From assembly GCA_973851085.1 (NCBI GenBank), contig OZ316775.1, forward strand, positions 1,240,001-1,304,000: DNA of 64,000 bases, given 5' to 3'. The translations under genes and the position numbers were made by a program. Source of the stretch: Ptychomitrium polyphyllum. Lineage: Eukaryota. Shown in pieces: positions 13,601 to 26,500 of the stretch (position 1 is its first letter; every line of letters begins with the position of its first letter). A model generated the notes under the pieces. That model did no database searches. It had not been told where the DNA came from and saw nothing but the letters and a program-made list of their open reading frames with translations.

Positions 13601-14129
13601 CAACAAATTTTGTATTTGCAGCTCTAAATTCTAATTGATTTGAGTTGTGACAATTATAGAGGTGGCAGCTTCTGGGGTTCCGAGCATGAAGGGCGACGTT
13701 TACAGCTTCGGTATTATAGTGCTAGAAATGATTACTGGGAGGAATCCTAACAGGCTCGAACCAGGCCAAACCTTGCCTCAATGGGTCCGTGCAACGGTCG
13801 CAACTTCCAAGGCTTTACAGAATGTACTTGACCCCGTTCTGATGCCGGATCTCGTGGCTCACCAACAAAAGATGGCTATGGTGTTGGGAGTGGCCCTCCT
13901 CTGCACACGAAGCGAGCCTCAAGACCGACCGCACATGAACGATGTTTACAAGATGTTGGCTCAAATTAGAAGTAAACCTAATGAAACAAGCAGGAGGAAG
14001 GGGTTAATGAGCTCTGGAAGGGGGACCTCTGGTGCCGCTAGGAGAAGTGCTAGAGAAGTTCAGGCGGTCCGACAACCGTTGCCTCACACTCCGTCCCTCT
14101 CTGATTGGACTCCACCAAGCCAAGTATAA
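10633..14129 (+). CDS. LRR receptor-like Ser/Thr kinase, non-RD, FLS2/LRR-XII-like
   Basis: Exons 10633-10800 (signal peptide MASLLLHLLLVVSCILAVALCG), 11234-13502 and 13660-14129, with consistent GT-AG sites and phases. About 17-18 plant LRRs (LxxLxLxxNxLxGxIP), paired-Cys caps, TM segment IVYIAIGSAAGLVALILVVFFLV, and kinase motifs IGEGKLSTV, VAVKRL, HGDVKPNNIL, DFG, GYTPS|E, GDVYSFG. Confidence 0.93.
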
Positions 14130-17100
14130 TTAAATCAGGGTTTTTGATTACTCAAACAAGCAGCAGCTTTTCGTTAGGCTAATTTAAAGGTGAGAATGGA
14201 TACTCTAACAGAAATTCCCAAATTGTCGTTTTCTGATCTCACATGTTAAATGCAGTGTTTCTTATTGCTAACTGCACATCATATTTTTCAGCTTCCACTT
14301 GCCATTCTCCACTTACAGGAGATTTGTCGGTCCAATTACGAGGCAATTTGTGTGTACTAAACTCTTGTTGTGCTTTTCCAGGTGATGAGACCATTGGGTA
14401 CAATGTATCTGACTACTGGCTCCTTGCGAACACCGGTATGATCTGTAGTGTTTATCTGTAGGTTATCTTCGGACTTCTTCAGGTAGGCACTGATTATGAA
14501 CTTTTCATTCAAGATTTATCCTTCGAGTAGAGCCATTCATAGAAGACGCAGAGACTGGCGACCTCTTTTGTAATGGACATAGACTTGGTCTGTGAGATTG
14601 GTTTAGTGCAGACATTCTTTGTATAGAGAGACCCATGTCCTGACTCGGCAGCGATTTGAGGGTCATTATTGTATTCTTTTCACCGTGTCATTGTAGAGCG
14701 TTATGGCTCATTTGAAATACACATTCTTTCTCATCTTCCATGACTGAGTCTACAACTGTTCTACTGCACGTGCATGGACCTCATATTGCAGCCTAAATTT
14801 TCATAATCGTGGCTTCTAAAATGAACTACTTGGTTAGATAGATGGCGTTCTGGTACTGTAAAGGACGCCTTTAATGAGTTCACACTTACAAATAGTAGTG
14901 ACACTCAGCCCTGTCGTGGTATCACTCAAAATCTCATGCATGCAACCCTCTTAACTTTTTATCCAGTCTGTCTGTTCTCTGTTTAACATAATACTGTTAG
15001 CTGGTGTTTTTCTCATGTCAAAGCAAGCCTGGGACTGCAACAAACCGGTGTAATTTGATAATCATGTAGTTACAAACTGACACTTTGAATTCCGTGTGTT
15101 TTTCCATACTTTCAGGATACCTCAGTCAGACAAACACAGAGTCAAGGACGTAGTCCGCGTGAATGCCACATTGCTACCGCCAACTAGGTCATGCACAGCA
15201 AGTGGGTGTAGTAAAAGGGAGAGCATGGAATTGAAAGTAACGACAGTGATGATGAATCATGGAAGAGTCCTCCAAGACTTTAGCAAGATTGAGTGTAATA
15301 CCCCTTTTGACTTTGGCCCCACATGAAATAGGCGGAACAACAAGAGCTCTCAGTTATTTTACCTCGATGGACTACACTGGTAGTGTCGGTATTGACTCGC
15401 AATCCTTACCGTTATTTAAAATTGTATTGCACTACGAGTAGTAGAATTGGCATCTAATGATTCCAAGGACACGGACCGCTGCCACTAGTGTGAGTTTAGT
15501 GATAAAGAATTCTCCCATCAATTGTGGAATTAGAACACAGTGTGAGTTAGAATAGGTGTAATACTGAATGTATAATGTGGCCTGCACTAATTATTTGATT
15601 TAAGATTTTTATCAACAAGTTTTCTTATTAATTTTAAAAGTGTTTATTACAATAAATTGTGAAGATTGGAATAAAAACTCACACTAATATTGAATTCTAC
15701 AATAATAGCAATAATTGATGTACAAATCAAATGCACAAACTTCTTTAGGTTTTGTTAAGAAGTCATCAACTAAATTATGTTTAAAAGATACTTTACAACT
15801 ATAATCTTGATTCTTTTATCAAGAAAAAAAAAAATCTTATTTTTTAGGTATATTACTTTTCTTGATTCAATAATGTATTCAACTATTTCCATTGTTACAA
15901 GCTATAAATAATTTTATCTAATATGAGCAAGAAGCTTGTAGTTTGTTGGTTTTAATTTTAGATTGCCAAAGAAGCAACCTAGGTTCATTTGTGTACCATG
16001 CTTATTACCATCACTATAAATATTATCCAGACATTATAAAGTCGTTTTAATCAAGCCATTTAATATAAAACAAGGAACAACAATGACTTATGGATATTTT
16101 CTTAAGAAAATGTACAAACCTGTAATTGAAAAATATCTTCATAACATTATTTACTAAGCTTATAAGTCTCCTATGTTTAAGAGAGCTAATTCCCTAAAAT
16201 TTCTAATTTTGAATATTCATGAATTTTTCAAGTGGTGTTTAAGTAATACATCTTAAATTGTGTTAAAAAAAATAAAAAAATTGTGAGTACGTAGAAATAG
16301 AAATTTATTAGTTATAATCACATTCAATTGCCTTAAAGTCACAATTATGGATGTTGTTACCTTAAAAGAATTCCACTCTAATTACTAAAGAAAGTTATAT
16401 AGTACTTTAAAATCACTTCTATATGAACTACTAATGAACTACTACACATACTGTGGACCTAAAAAAATCAATTGATCTAATCAATGGAGGAGATAAACGA
16501 CATGCAAATAGAATGATATAGCACATACATGGAATGCAATTCCATACAAATTCCACACACTTACCATCCAAGCACAGTTTTCTCATTGTCCTCTTGTGTT
16601 GGTAACTCTGCAGCGCTGTCTGAAAAGATCTGATTCAGGTCAACGACATTATCATTTAAACCGGATTTCAAGTAGGTTTGAGATGTTTGAGGGCCGCATA
16701 TTATGATGTGTCCGCCTTCATTGTAGGCATACTAGTGCAAGGGAGACAGTCACTAGGCCATCCACCTTGATGATCATGGGCTGACCGAGCACTTCAGAAC
16801 TAAACTTGAAGCCTGGCTTAACCACTGCAGCAGTGCAGCCAGGTCCCTTTGGCTTTTATTCTCAACACAGTTGTCAGATTTCGCGCTGCTCAAAATGATA
16901 TTTACAGAGTGACGATTTGCGTAGCAGGTTCTAGGAGACCGATCAATTTCAAAAGAAGCCCAGAGAGCTACCTACTTGGTAGATTCAAACTCATATCTAG
17001 TTCTAGTTGTCATCGTTTCATTATCCAACACTTGATGGAACAGATTCCTCCTGGCTATAAAAAAATGACGATTTGCTGAGGAATGAATGTGCAAACAAAA

Positions 17101-17759
17101 GCACACAGTTTCTAGTTTATACAACCAAAACTTTCGACAGCTTCCGTACACAACCAGGATTATTTCATCCAGAGCTACCAAAGAAGAAACAAGTCCCCAG
17201 ATTTATAAAATTACCGTGTTGAATGCTAATATCATGGCAAAGTTTGTGGTTTAGAGTTCGTTGCAGTTCTAAAACTGTTGGCACGGCATCTAAGTGACTC
17301 TCAGCTCCATCAGTAAAATATTCCTCTGGTATGCAGCCACAGGATAACTACAGTATCAATGGGAAATGCACCTGAGCCCATTGTAATCTTTGAATGGGCA
17401 ACATCATTAGCTCCCCATTGCACCAAGTTGCCACTTCCTTGCAGTCTACCACCGAAATGGAAGCAGGACAATATTCACCAGGATCATTGTTCACATACAA
17501 CCACCACAACAACTGAATTGGATCATGCAACACTTGATTTTCCACATCAAGCCGCCCATTCTCAGTCGGAATGGTGTAGTACAGCATGGCTCCCCCAATG
17601 ACCCTCTTGGAATCATGTTACACAAACCCAACTCACTACGGGTTATTGCATCCTGAATAATAGTATGCATTGCTTGTCCAGAAAATTAATAAACAGGGAG
17701 CAAGAGGCTCATCATTTGATGGATCAAAAGACACGTTTGCCAGCTCACTTCGATTGTAC

Positions 17760-18837
17760 TCAGAGTGTCATCATTCTATTGACCATTAGTAATCCATAAC
17801 TGGGAAAGGCTAGAATTCTGTTGTAGAGCTTCCAGAACAGGACCATGGACAGTGAAAAGAGCATAAGCTCCAGAGTAAGATTTGGGGTGACTGGCAAACC
17901 TGCTGCAGCGTACTCATCAGTCTCTTTTGAAGCAGCTCTAGGGCCAGCAACTTCGGTCGTATCAGTTGGAATTTGAAGTTTTCCGAGAAAAGGACGGCTG
18001 TGGCCACTTCTCTGGAGGAGAATTGAGCCTTAAGGGCAGCCACCGTGATCCCTTACTAAGAGTTGGGGATTGAGGTGTCAATCGGGTGCATAACGTGATC
18101 TACGAGGTGAAGATGGCCCCATTTTGAATGTTGTGAACTCTGAGCTTTAGATGGTAGGCTGCAATTTGTCCTTCTAGGCGATGCAACCTACCGAGCAGCC
18201 ATCTGAAACTACGATAAATTTCACTGGCGGAGGGTGTTGCGGGTTGTTGGTGTTTTCGATGAACGCCTGAAGGAGCCTTTGTTGTAAAGCTTGTTACTGC
18301 AACAAGTTCCTGCCTGCTTCTTTTGAGCCAACCGTTAGGTCCACTTGAATACACATAGACCAAAGATTCCATGGCACTAGGGAAGGTAATGGACGTCCTG
18401 ATTGTGGATCCATCTTCCTGTAGCACTTTCCACTCCTAGAAATTAGAATACAGCAATGTCCTACTTGAACAATACCCATAAGTAAATCACCTCTCTACAC
18501 CACCATTAAAACTTACACAAGTCATAGGGAATAAATGATAGGGTAAGAGGGCTGGTAATCTCAAACGTATGTCCAGTTATAACCCTTTCGTACTCTTCAA
18601 ATCTCAACTAAATGTAAAGTCTTGATCCACATCAACTCTTCGAAACTCCAATAGCTCATATTCAGTCTCCAGACTTTTTATGGCTCAAACTACGTTCGCA
18701 ACATTAACATCTTTCTCATCAGCACTAAGCAGTGCTCTCATAGGTGAAATTCTGAATGCGTCAAACATTGATTTGCGGTTGCTCTCCACCCCTATATCAA
18801 GGACTTGCTCAAAGTTTTCAACTGAAGTTTGATACAT
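17760..18837 (-). pseudogene. Probable fasciclin-like (FAS1/FLA) pseudogene with GPI-signal-like C-terminus
   Basis: Minus-strand fragments in changing frames: LPALLPYHLFP, then an intron, then KVLQEDGSTIRT, IAAYHL, NIQNGAI/(frameshift)/HLVDHVMHP (resembles the FAS1 H2 motif NGVIHVIDxVL), and YAAAGLPVTPNLTLELMLFSLSMVLFW. Several in-frame stops. Confidence 0.45.
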
Positions 18838-19183
18838 AAGGTCAAATTGTTAAATTGCTTGCTACGATAATCCTACAATTGTGCATACAGTATGTGTTAA
18901 TTTTTGGAGCTCATGGTAAGTTCAAGTTTCCTGTCAAAAAAGAGACATGTTTGTTTCTGAACACACGGACGTTGGAAGTCCCTCTTCTTAGAACAATACA
19001 ATATGTGAATAATGCTTGTTATTACCTATATCAGAATGAACTTGTCCTCAAAAAGAAAGGCTTCAGAAATTCTGAAAATATTCACGCAAGTAATGCACAA
19101 ACATTAACATATTAATTTAGAAAGCTGAGTAACAAACCTAGTACAAGTATTGCATCCGATTCCTAACAGGAGGCAATACATCA

Positions 19184-21270
19184 CTACATCCTTTCAAGAA
19201 GGAACACATTGCCCTTGTCATCACGACCTATTCGTAGGGTGTCATCTATGTACGTGATCTCTAGCCAGCCCTCTGGATTGAATATACTAAGCAATAGGTC
19301 ATAATTCTTCTGAAACAAAGACAGAAGTTGTTCTGGTACCAGTCTGGAGTTCTCGAATTTGATGTTAACCCTCTGTACCAAACCACGTTAACATAATCAA
19401 TACAAACTTCACAAACGCGTAATTAATGAAAAAAGCTCATGTTGTCAACTCAAACGAGGCGTTCGCTGATACTCTAGGCACAAAACTCTTCTAATCATTC
19501 ATTACTGCCAATTTTCAAGTTCATATCGCACAAAAATGTGTGATAAGAATATGGACAATTTGTTTCTAGTGGCTATCTAATGCTTCAGAACCTGAAAGCT
19601 ACATCTAGCAGTGGTTAACTTATGCCAGTTACCGAAGAGAATATAGCTTGCATACACAATTAACGGTGTTTTTCATTTCCTGTACAGGCAAGCGTCACAC
19701 GGATCAAACGTGCAACAGTAGAGCCAAAGGTTTTAATTTGCTCACCGTGGGCGAGACAATGTTGTATGACGCTTCGATGGTGAAGGAACCCGAGAGCATA
19801 CCAAGACCTGCCACGCTGAAGGTCACTTTATTTACTGCCTTTCCCTGTCACCAGATACACGGCGCACTATAAATAATATTTTGAGAACGTCATCGATCTC
19901 CATTTTCACGCAAGAAAACACAGTATAAAGACATTTAGGATTAGAAGAGACAAGTAAACGTGTAAGTAACTCATCAGCAACTATAAAAGCTCTTGCTCAG
20001 AGAAGGAGCAGAATCATTTAATTTGTAAGAGTTAAAACAAACCTGATCAACATCGATAATTTGCACGAAGTCACCAAGGTTGATAAAGTCCCGCAGGCCA
20101 AGCTTTGTCCTCTTTGAACCTAAAATTGAAATGGTACTGTACAAGAGTTTCCACTCGCCTTTTACCTGGTTGGGACAAAACACCATCGGTCACATGTGCA
20201 CGCAGGTAGGGGGTGTCTCATTCTCACACTTACGACCATTAAAAATAAAATTGAGAGAACCGGGTAATACATAAACCTGAAGTTTGGACAATCTGCGTGT
20301 TCGGAGAAACTGTCTATCCAAGTAAGACCTAGCATAATTCGGTACTGATAGTTAACTGCGACAAACTAGGGCTGACGACGCTGTCGCATTCCAAACACGT
20401 CATCACAGCCACTACTAATCAGTTTTCCAGATCCCAGAACTGCCTACGATATATTTAGATCATCTACAGCTGACCATTCTCTATTTAGAAGGTTGCACAT
20501 AAATAGTGCCACAACAGAAATGGTGCCTGGGAAGCGAACCTTGTTTAAGTCATCAGTTGGTCGAGGAGAAGGACTCGCAGCCTCCAGGAGTTGCAGCAGT
20601 CTTTGAACTTCTACCTTGCGAGCATTCTGAACTCCAAAAATGCCCCTGTTCAAGCCTGCGTACATGAGGCATTACCCCTGCACTCACCCCACAAATCCAT
20701 CCTACAATCTTCAAGCTCTCGCCCCATTGTCCACCCTATTCGGAATCTCATTCTAACCTATCCAAAAAACATCCCGACTCAATGATGCAGATTCTAATGA
20801 ACAAATGACGGGAAAACTCTAGTACAAGAGAAACGTTCAATTAACTACAATTACAACATGTGAGGGTAAATACAGTTTATACTTCCCTTGTATCCCACAT
20901 CCTCCCCTCCAAATCTTAACACAGCAACAACGTACTCTACCCGACTCAACATGGATCCAGAGGCATCCTGGAAAAGATGAGCACCTTCAAGAGAACCGAG
21001 CAACGCTGCCTTCAGCTCCTCCATAGACGAAAAACTCTCCATGCCAACACTCTCAGCGCTTGGAGTCTGCGCCATGCCCTTGACATTTTCACCCCGCACA
21101 CTGCACCTGGCAAGATCTCGCGACACACTCCTAGTTCGAAGCTCGCAAGTACCCTGAAGAACCCGCCTGTGCGCAACCTCCCACCGCAAACCTGGCTGAG
21201 TGACAGCGTGAGCTTGCACGACTGCACATGGTGCCGCTGCAGCGGCCGCCATCGTGAGCGCCATGGCCAT
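19184..21270 (-). CDS. FBN5: Plastid fibrillin 5 (PAP/fibrillin family), about 270 aa
   Basis: Exons 21270-20985, 20655-20540, 20165-20043, 19844-19746, 19372-19184 (813 nt, phases consistent). Ala-rich transit peptide. Motifs [43 protein letters not shown] and [14 protein letters not shown] match FBN5 as I recall it. Confidence 0.92.
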
Positions 21271-21664
21271 TGTCCCGAGCCCGCTGCGCTGCAAGCATCC
21301 CAGATGAGAGAAACCCTAGCCTCCCGAACTCGCGTCAACTCTCCTCTGGTGCTGCGAAAGATTCCAACGCAGCGAAAGATTTCTTTCCGCTCTGCTCTGC
21401 TCTCCCCAAAGGCACGGCCAAGGGTGCTCAAAGCGTTACAGTGTCTCAAAAAGCATGTCTTTTATCATGTACGATCTTTTAGTCCGGATTTGGTATCTTC
21501 GGTTTTTTTGTTTTGATCTCTCTCTCTCGCGTCTTCCAAGGTACCCAACCCATCTGCCTGGCCCAAAACCTTCTGAGTTCAATTCTTCCAAATCTGACCT
21601 AATGGCTTTAGACTAGAGCGGAGCCCGAATTTTCTGTCATTCTATATGGCATCCAACATGGCGT

Positions 21665-21673
21665 CCTACGTGG
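21665..21673 (-). promoter_or_regulatory. ACGT-core (G-box/ABRE-like) element CCACGTAGG upstream of FBN5
   Basis: Plus strand cctacgtgg, about 400 nt upstream of the FBN5 ATG. Confidence 0.35.
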
Positions 21674-23419
21674 TTCAAAAATGACACCAAACTTCCGGAC
21701 CAACCTAATGAACTGGGACCAGGTTCTTTTTTGCCCAAATTCCTAATATTGTTGTCCCTCTCTAATATGACAGATTTGGGAAATAAGAAAATTTTCGTAT
21801 AATCAAAATGTTGCATTTTCTATTACACAACATTTAGAATATTTGGTGTTTGTATTATTGAAGTTTTCAAAATTTGACCAAAATAAGTACATAAACATAT
21901 TACAACCATTATAAAATATTGAAAATACGCTTTATGTCTACTAAAATTTATAATACTAAGTTTATTAATAGCAATCAATCCTAGCTGCCATTGTCAAATC
22001 CTAGCTGCCAATTTCTAATCTTAGACTTTAAAAAAATTCAGAAGGTTTTTAATTATAAATGAATGAAGTACCAAAAATAATTTCAAATATTCATCATTTT
22101 AGATGAAATTCATTCACATTAAGCATCAGTTCCTTTGATTATATGACAAATAGAAAGTCTTAGTTATTGTATTAGAATGTATCATAGTCATGTTTTAGAG
22201 GGAGTTTTGAACTAAGCAAATTGGTCACGTAAAAATATGTCTTATAGTTGAAGTAGTCATATAATGGAGTGTTTTATTAACAAGATTGGACTATATGGAA
22301 TAAATTAAATCAAGTTCACGTCACCAATTAGATCAATTCCATGGCCATCAATTGTTGATTCACTTGCTACTTAATTTGGCCAATCCTTGAACCTAGATTA
22401 GTCTTAGTATAAAATAGGCCTTATTGTAAAGAAATCTTAGATTATATAAATTTTAATTTATTAGCTTAAGTACCTTTATCACATTTTATTTCTTGAAATT
22501 TGAATTATAATTTAATTACAAAGTTGAACCATAGACATGAATTCTAAACTTTGACAATGAAGGAAGCAATTATATTATAGACACAAGAAACAAAGAATTA
22601 GACAAGAAGTGATTTAAAAAAAAAAAATCCATGGAAATTAATGGATAAAAGATTTGGTACAAGAATTAAAAACAAGGTAATATTATAGATAATACTCCAT
22701 CATTTATTAGCAAGATTGGAATGTATTTTATTTTACCTCTTATTTATATAATAATGCCTATGGTTTTTAAGGTACTTGTAAATAAGTTTCTCATAAAATA
22801 ATAGAATATTCTAAAATCAATGGAATTGTCTTAAGATGTTTCCAAAGAAGGTGGAATGTTATTAAAATTTACTATAAGCTATTAGAAGCTACTAGGAGGT
22901 TATTTTAGAATATATTTTGTTATATATGTCTATGGGAAGATATATAAGATCATGACAAATGTGATTTCTTTCAAATTACAAATCCATCAACTTTAGAACA
23001 ATGCATTCAAATTAAACAACAAGTATTGAATTTTATTACACACTACCAATTACTTTAATAAAATAGCATTTCAAACGCATTCCAATTGTATTTGAATAAA
23101 TTACTTGCTTCCAAATCTAAGATCCACTCGTTCATATTCTTGTGCAATATTTTAGTTTAATTTTCCAAATTTTAAGATTATGAAGTATATTTTTGACTTC
23201 TAATAAGAAATATATTAATAAAATAAGGAATTTGAAATTCTTACCTTTCCATTTTAGACTATCCATAAAATGAAACATCTTTTTTTATATAGGTAAAATC
23301 AAATCATTCAAGAATTTGCATGTCTTTATGTATATAAGCTATGCATTTTTTCTTGTAGAAGAGAATGGAAGCAAATACAGACACAGAGGAATTCAAATTA
23401 AGTTGATTTATATTTGTCT

Positions 23420-23519
23420 NNNNNNNNNNNNNNNNNNNNNNNNNNNNNNNNNNNNNNNNNNNNNNNNNNNNNNNNNNNNNNNNNNNNNNNNNNNNNNNNN
23501 NNNNNNNNNNNNNNNNNNN
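23420..23519. other. Assembly gap (100 N)
   Basis: Run of exactly 100 N, a typical placeholder for a gap of unknown size. ORFs spanning it are artefacts. Confidence 0.99.
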
Positions 23520-26500
23520 GAAAGTCAAAAGGAAAACTAAGAACATGAAGAAAAACCGTACAAAACATTATAAATAAAAATTATAGTGATAATAATAACC
23601 AAAATTATTTATTGTTGTTATTATTGTATATGAATAGTAAAAGATTTTTTTTAATTAATGAAAAGTTGAAACAATAGTGTAAAATACAACAATGTCTTTG
23701 GATGTAAGAATGGAGATAATTATTTAAGGAATTTATTTATTTATTTTAATGTTAATCCACCCCATTCCAAGATTAGAAAGAGCTAACCAATTAAGTAAAA
23801 TCATATCCTCCTGCACAACTTCCCTTCTAGGATCGAACTATACTCTAATAATAATAACTAATAACCAATATTATTCTTATGTAATTGAAAATCAATTTCG
23901 ATCATTTTAAAAATCAAGCTATATTCACATATTCACATATTCACACATGCATGTACATATCTCTATATGTCTATATGTGTATTTATTAAAAAAATAAACT
24001 AAATCAGTTTCCACCAAACTTCATGAAAGAAGTGATGTTGCTGGAAGTAATTGTTTTCTTCGAGTTGGGGAGTTAGGGTAATTCTGTTCATAGTTAAACG
24101 TTCCTTGCGTTGTCAACTGCAAGAAACGGAGAGCCAGAAGGCAGGCAGATAGAGGACACAGGTTCTCAGGGAAGCAGTTGCAGCAAGCATCTTCCATCTT
24201 GGTTGCTGCTGACTGTATCTCCCAACAGCAATCATTTGTGTCTGTTCGTCACGAACATGTGGCCCCCTCACCCTTCCGCAGGCTGCAACCAGACCTCACA
24301 GTATCTCATCATCCCACCTCCTTACTGAGATTGTGGGAATGTAGGCACCTACGTCTAATGGGTCCGGCATCACCAAAGCAGAAACCAAGGAGTTTGATGA
24401 AGTCCTCTGCTGTGGCCGCCCCACCCGATCACAACCTGAATTGCAGGCAGTAATAATAATTGACGACGAACGTCAAGGCTACAGTCAATTCCCCTTTTAA
24501 ATTCCAGCTGTGTAGCTGCAGCATACAAACTGTGTCCACCTTCACTAAATCACCTGCTAATGTATTCAACAGTGATGTATCCATAACATTCTTTAGCATT
24601 TGACATGAATCACCCTCACAGTAAAAGCACCCAAAATTGTGATTGGTTACTGCTGATAAACACATGACTCACAAGATGGATGAAAGATATTGTGACGTTT
24701 CATAAAGGTAGAAATATTCTAGAACGTCACTAAAAATTATATTTGGCACCATATGATATTTAATGTAGTGACAAATTATTTTATAAGCAATACTATTCTC
24801 AAATAGTTCAAAAATTACCTTATTGTTCTAATCAAAAGCTTATTAATATTTAGTAGTGGTGATATTAGTTTAGCAAGTAGTATTTAAATTTAATGCAAGT
24901 TGTTTATTTAGAATAAGTTATTTATTTAGTGCAAATATCATTTAGAATTTGTGACTACAAAATTAGTGCATTAATTGACAAAGGTGACCTTTAATTTAAA
25001 AATCTGAAGGAGAGGAATTTGTTTTAAACATAACCTTTATTGGACATAATAACACACCAACTTACACCTTGTAGATTAATGTGTATGACTTTTCATCGGC
25101 ACCCTCAAATGGTCACTGTGTTTTGTAACTCTTCTTCAAGGTGTGACCTGAATCAGTAGTGGCAACGGACTGGTGGTCACTTGAAAGCACACAAAGAATC
25201 TGTGTGAAGGCGCTTGCAAATCTGTAACTTCACGCCTTATTGGACACTGGGTTATAGAATTAGGCGATAGTAAGGACTGGATATTGAGATTTATCAAAAC
25301 ATTTTGATTTCTAAAAGAAATATTTTAATTCTACCTGAATATTATCAATCAGTGAAAAGTATTATGTTCTCTCAGTTATAGTATGTTTGCTTGTGTGACC
25401 TGGCCCATAGAATTACAGGAAAAGGTCCCAATTGCATGTTCACTTTGGTTCTGTCCAAACAACTTGGTTGGGCATGGTGATTTGTGGGAGATGTTTTGAC
25501 CATGTCGGCATATTGTACTCCTTAGAGCAAAGGGCCCTTTGGCACTCAAGAGAACAGAGAATTTATTGCACGAAGAGACCAAGTCACCCCTAAGAGACGT
25601 AGGAAACTACAGCTAATTGGCCGGTGGATTGGCCTAACATACAGTCATTGTCCAAGAAGACCTGGCCAAGGGTGGTCACATTCAAGTTTGTTGAATTTGG
25701 AGCAGGGTTCTTTTGAATGAGGTGAAGTTGCCCAACACACTATCAAGCATTTCTCAAGAAAATATAAATGTGTACCATTCAGAAAACTTTAGTGCAGCTC
25801 TGCATGATAAATATTATTTAAGATTTTATAGTACAAGAACAGTCTGTATTTTAATTTATATAACCAAACAAAGTAACATAGTTCTATGGAAAATTAGAAG
25901 ATTCTTTGTATCACCAAATAAATTGTGAACATTCATAATCATTACTGATGGTACATTCAATAGGAGCTCCACATAAAAGATGATCTTTTTGTGGCTATTG
26001 CAATGTAATTGTAGAACTCAAAGATATTGTTGTAATGCTTGTTTTAAATGATACATTCTTTATGGCAAAAACTTCCATACCAATCTTCACCATCAAAGCA
26101 TCCAAATTTGAACCTTATTGTACAATTAATAGAATTCACATATTCCAATTAAAAAAAATTCTTTAAAAAAGATTAAAACCAAAAGAAACAAAAGTTTTGT
26201 GTTTTAAAAAAAACTTGAGAATATGGATGATAAAATTTCCCCTCTTAATCATTACATTGGATGCAAGAGCTACTATACACATTTTTGCTATCAAATTGTT
26301 AAAAAAAACCTTCAAAATTCCCTTCACAAATACACATTCAAACAAATTAATGTTATTACTATTTTTCATGTTATATGCATTTTATTAAATAAATATAAAG
26401 TCAAAAGTCACCAACTACTATTGAAAAACATTTGATTCTCCATAAATGATGCAAAATACTACAAAATTTTGGAAAAGTTTGGAATCACTATATCTTTGTC

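Noticed and set aside
20977..21516. 179-aa plus-strand ORF opposite FBN5 exon 1
   Set aside because: Antisense shadow of a GC-rich exon and UTR.
23304..23546. ORFs containing X runs
   Set aside because: Created by the N gap.
24110..24453. GC-richer island with short ORFs; the minus strand reads FIKLLGFCF, like kinase subdomain IV
   Set aside because: No other kinase motif nearby, and stops follow.
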